Assembly: GCA_045837725.1 (NCBI GenBank)
Contig: JBEWZL010000088.1
Coordinates: forward strand, 1-37,373
Origin: Vermamoeba vermiformis
Taxonomy: Eukaryota
DNA: 37,373 nt
Direction: 5' to 3'
The notes beneath the pieces were generated by a model. The model worked only from the letters and a program-made list of their open reading frames with translations, was not told where the DNA came from and did not search any database. This document shows, one piece after another, positions 35,927 to 37,373 of this stretch. The first letter of the stretch is position 1. Each line of letters begins with the position of its first letter. The translations under genes and the position numbers were made by a program.

Positions 35927-37213
35927 TCATGAGTTCTCGTCGTTGTTGAGTGCGTTTGGTTTGCGCCACCATTCGATGTACTCGCCGTCGTACTTGAGTG
36001 AAGGAATGACTTGTGGTGCCATCGGATAAAACCGTGCAGGTGGCACATAGTACTTGCGACCGTGTTTCACAAAATTTTGACGAATTTTCTGCCGTACTGT
36101 CGTGGCTTCATCGTCCCAAACGTGATCCGGTCCAATGTTGTGATAACCAAACGACCACTCTGGCTGCAACAGAATAAACGCACAATGCAAGTCACCACCT
36201 GCTCATATATTAATTTAATAAGGAAGTTAATATTAAGGAATAAACAAGTCGTTGTAACATACCGGCATTGAAGGTGTACCGAGCATGGTTTTCAGGGTAA
36301 CACGGGGCCAACACGGTGACGAAAATATCTTCGCTGTTGTATTTGTAGCGCCAGCCGCGGAGGTGAATGCGAGGGTCATTCATCACGTGATCGCCTAAAA
36401 CAATTGGTGATTACTAAATATGGCAAAACATAGTCGATCGTAAACTGAAAATAATATCTCTATTTCAACGAGGCTAATATTTAGCCCTTATAATAGTATA
36501 TTTTATATTATCGAATAATAATGAAAGGGTTAATATTAAATTTTGAATCGGTTGAACGTACCAGCTGGATCGTTGTCGCTGAGGACTGTCAACACTCGAC
36601 GAACTGTCTCGCCCAACTGTTCAATGGTCGAGGAGTACTCTTTGCCTAAATAGGTAATTAATATATAGTACGATATAGGGTGTTTTTGTTTGAGTACCTT
36701 GCACTTCAATCGAGAACGCATCCAGATGCAATCCTTCTCCGACAATAAAGAACTTCGTTATGGCTGGTAGTGCTTGTTCTACATTCTCTTCTAAACTTAA
36801 ATTCGGATTCCATTCATTTCCCCAGGCCTAAATACCATCTTGTAAGTACAAAGCCATCAGCGAATCTGACTCGTACTTTTGCTTTCTTGGCAAACAAACA
36901 TTGAGATTGTGTCTGAACAGGAATTAAATGATCGAGAGACTTGTTATTAGTGGGATCAAATGTGATAGGTCGGCTGAGCAACTCTAAAATAATTTAATTG
37001 ATTTTTGGTATTATTTTAAAAATAATTTGGATTACCTTCAATTTTGATTTTTCTGTTTTCTTCCTTTTCCTTTTGAAGTCTCTCGTATTCTAAAATTACT
37101 GCTGGAATTTTCTTTGGTGCGGATGCGGTTGGAACGGCCTCTACTTTGTTTTTACTTCGTCGCAAAGCCAGCAGTACGAATACTATCGCACTCAATATCG
37201 ATATCCAAATCAT
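35927..37213 (-). CDS. YqcI/YcgG-like putative heme-thiolate oxidase, copy 2
   Basis: Same exon structure as copy 1 with the frame intact. Differences include a 3-nt indel near the N-terminus and a 2-nt deletion at the end (NS* versus NSHE*). Confidence 0.7.
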
Positions 37214-37308
37214 TTGTGTTGCTATATAATTGATCGAATATAAATTGATTCATGGCTTTGTTCCAATCGCGATTGACATTTTCAAATAATTTCGAATGAA
37301 AATCAAGT

Positions 37309-37373
37309 TTATTGAAGCACGCTTTTTACAACCTGAATATGATTCTTCGGAAATAAATCATATTCTTCAATCG
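37309..37373 (-). CDS. 3' end of a second copy of the LRR/F-box gene (partial)
   Basis: Translates to IEEYDLFPKNHIQVVKSVLQ*, versus IEEYDLFPKNHIQVVKNALQ* ending at 26732. Confidence 0.85.
   Translation of the reverse strand, partial: IEEYDLFPKNHIQVVKSVLQ

Larger units (their letters stand above)
35877..37373 (-). repeat. Right arm of the inverted segmental duplication; continues beyond the window
   Basis: Reverse-complement match to 26668-28171. Confidence 0.97.

Noticed and set aside
26668-37373. Inverted arms as terminal inverted repeats of a transposon, Polinton or endogenous virus
   Set aside because: The arms consist of intron-containing host-type genes; no transposase, integrase, polymerase or capsid ORF is visible inside.
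1-37373. Prokaryotic origin, CRISPR arrays, rRNA or tRNA genes, alternative genetic code
   Set aside because: Spliceosomal introns occur throughout; no repeat-spacer array or structural RNA was recognised by eye; TAA, TAG and TGA all serve as stops in conserved genes.

Overview
Gene-dense eukaryotic DNA, most likely a free-living protist (short AT-rich GT-AG introns, standard genetic code, short intergenic gaps). The taxon cannot be fixed from this sequence. The left two-thirds holds these genes in order: a SUZ12/VEFS-box Polycomb protein, a membrane J-domain protein, a single-chain ATP-citrate lyase, a DUF1868-like 2H phosphoesterase, a bacterial-type DeoC, a probable NDUFB8-like mitochondrial protein, an Ig-domain type I membrane protein, a small hypothetical protein, a CE2 SGNH esterase, a PLD-type cardiolipin synthase and a long-form SppA. 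A poly-C/G-rich tract at about 18.0-19.1 kb is probably an assembly artefact. The right third is an accessory locus. An inverted duplication (26668-28171 versus 35877-37373, running off the window) carries two intact copies of a membrane-anchored YqcI/YcgG-like putative heme enzyme plus the 3' end of an LRR/F-box gene. It encloses a protein with a C-terminal F-box and three tandem FG-GAP-like, probably GPI-anchored surface proteins, two of them with GC-AG introns. All calls come from motif recognition by eye; no searches were run.
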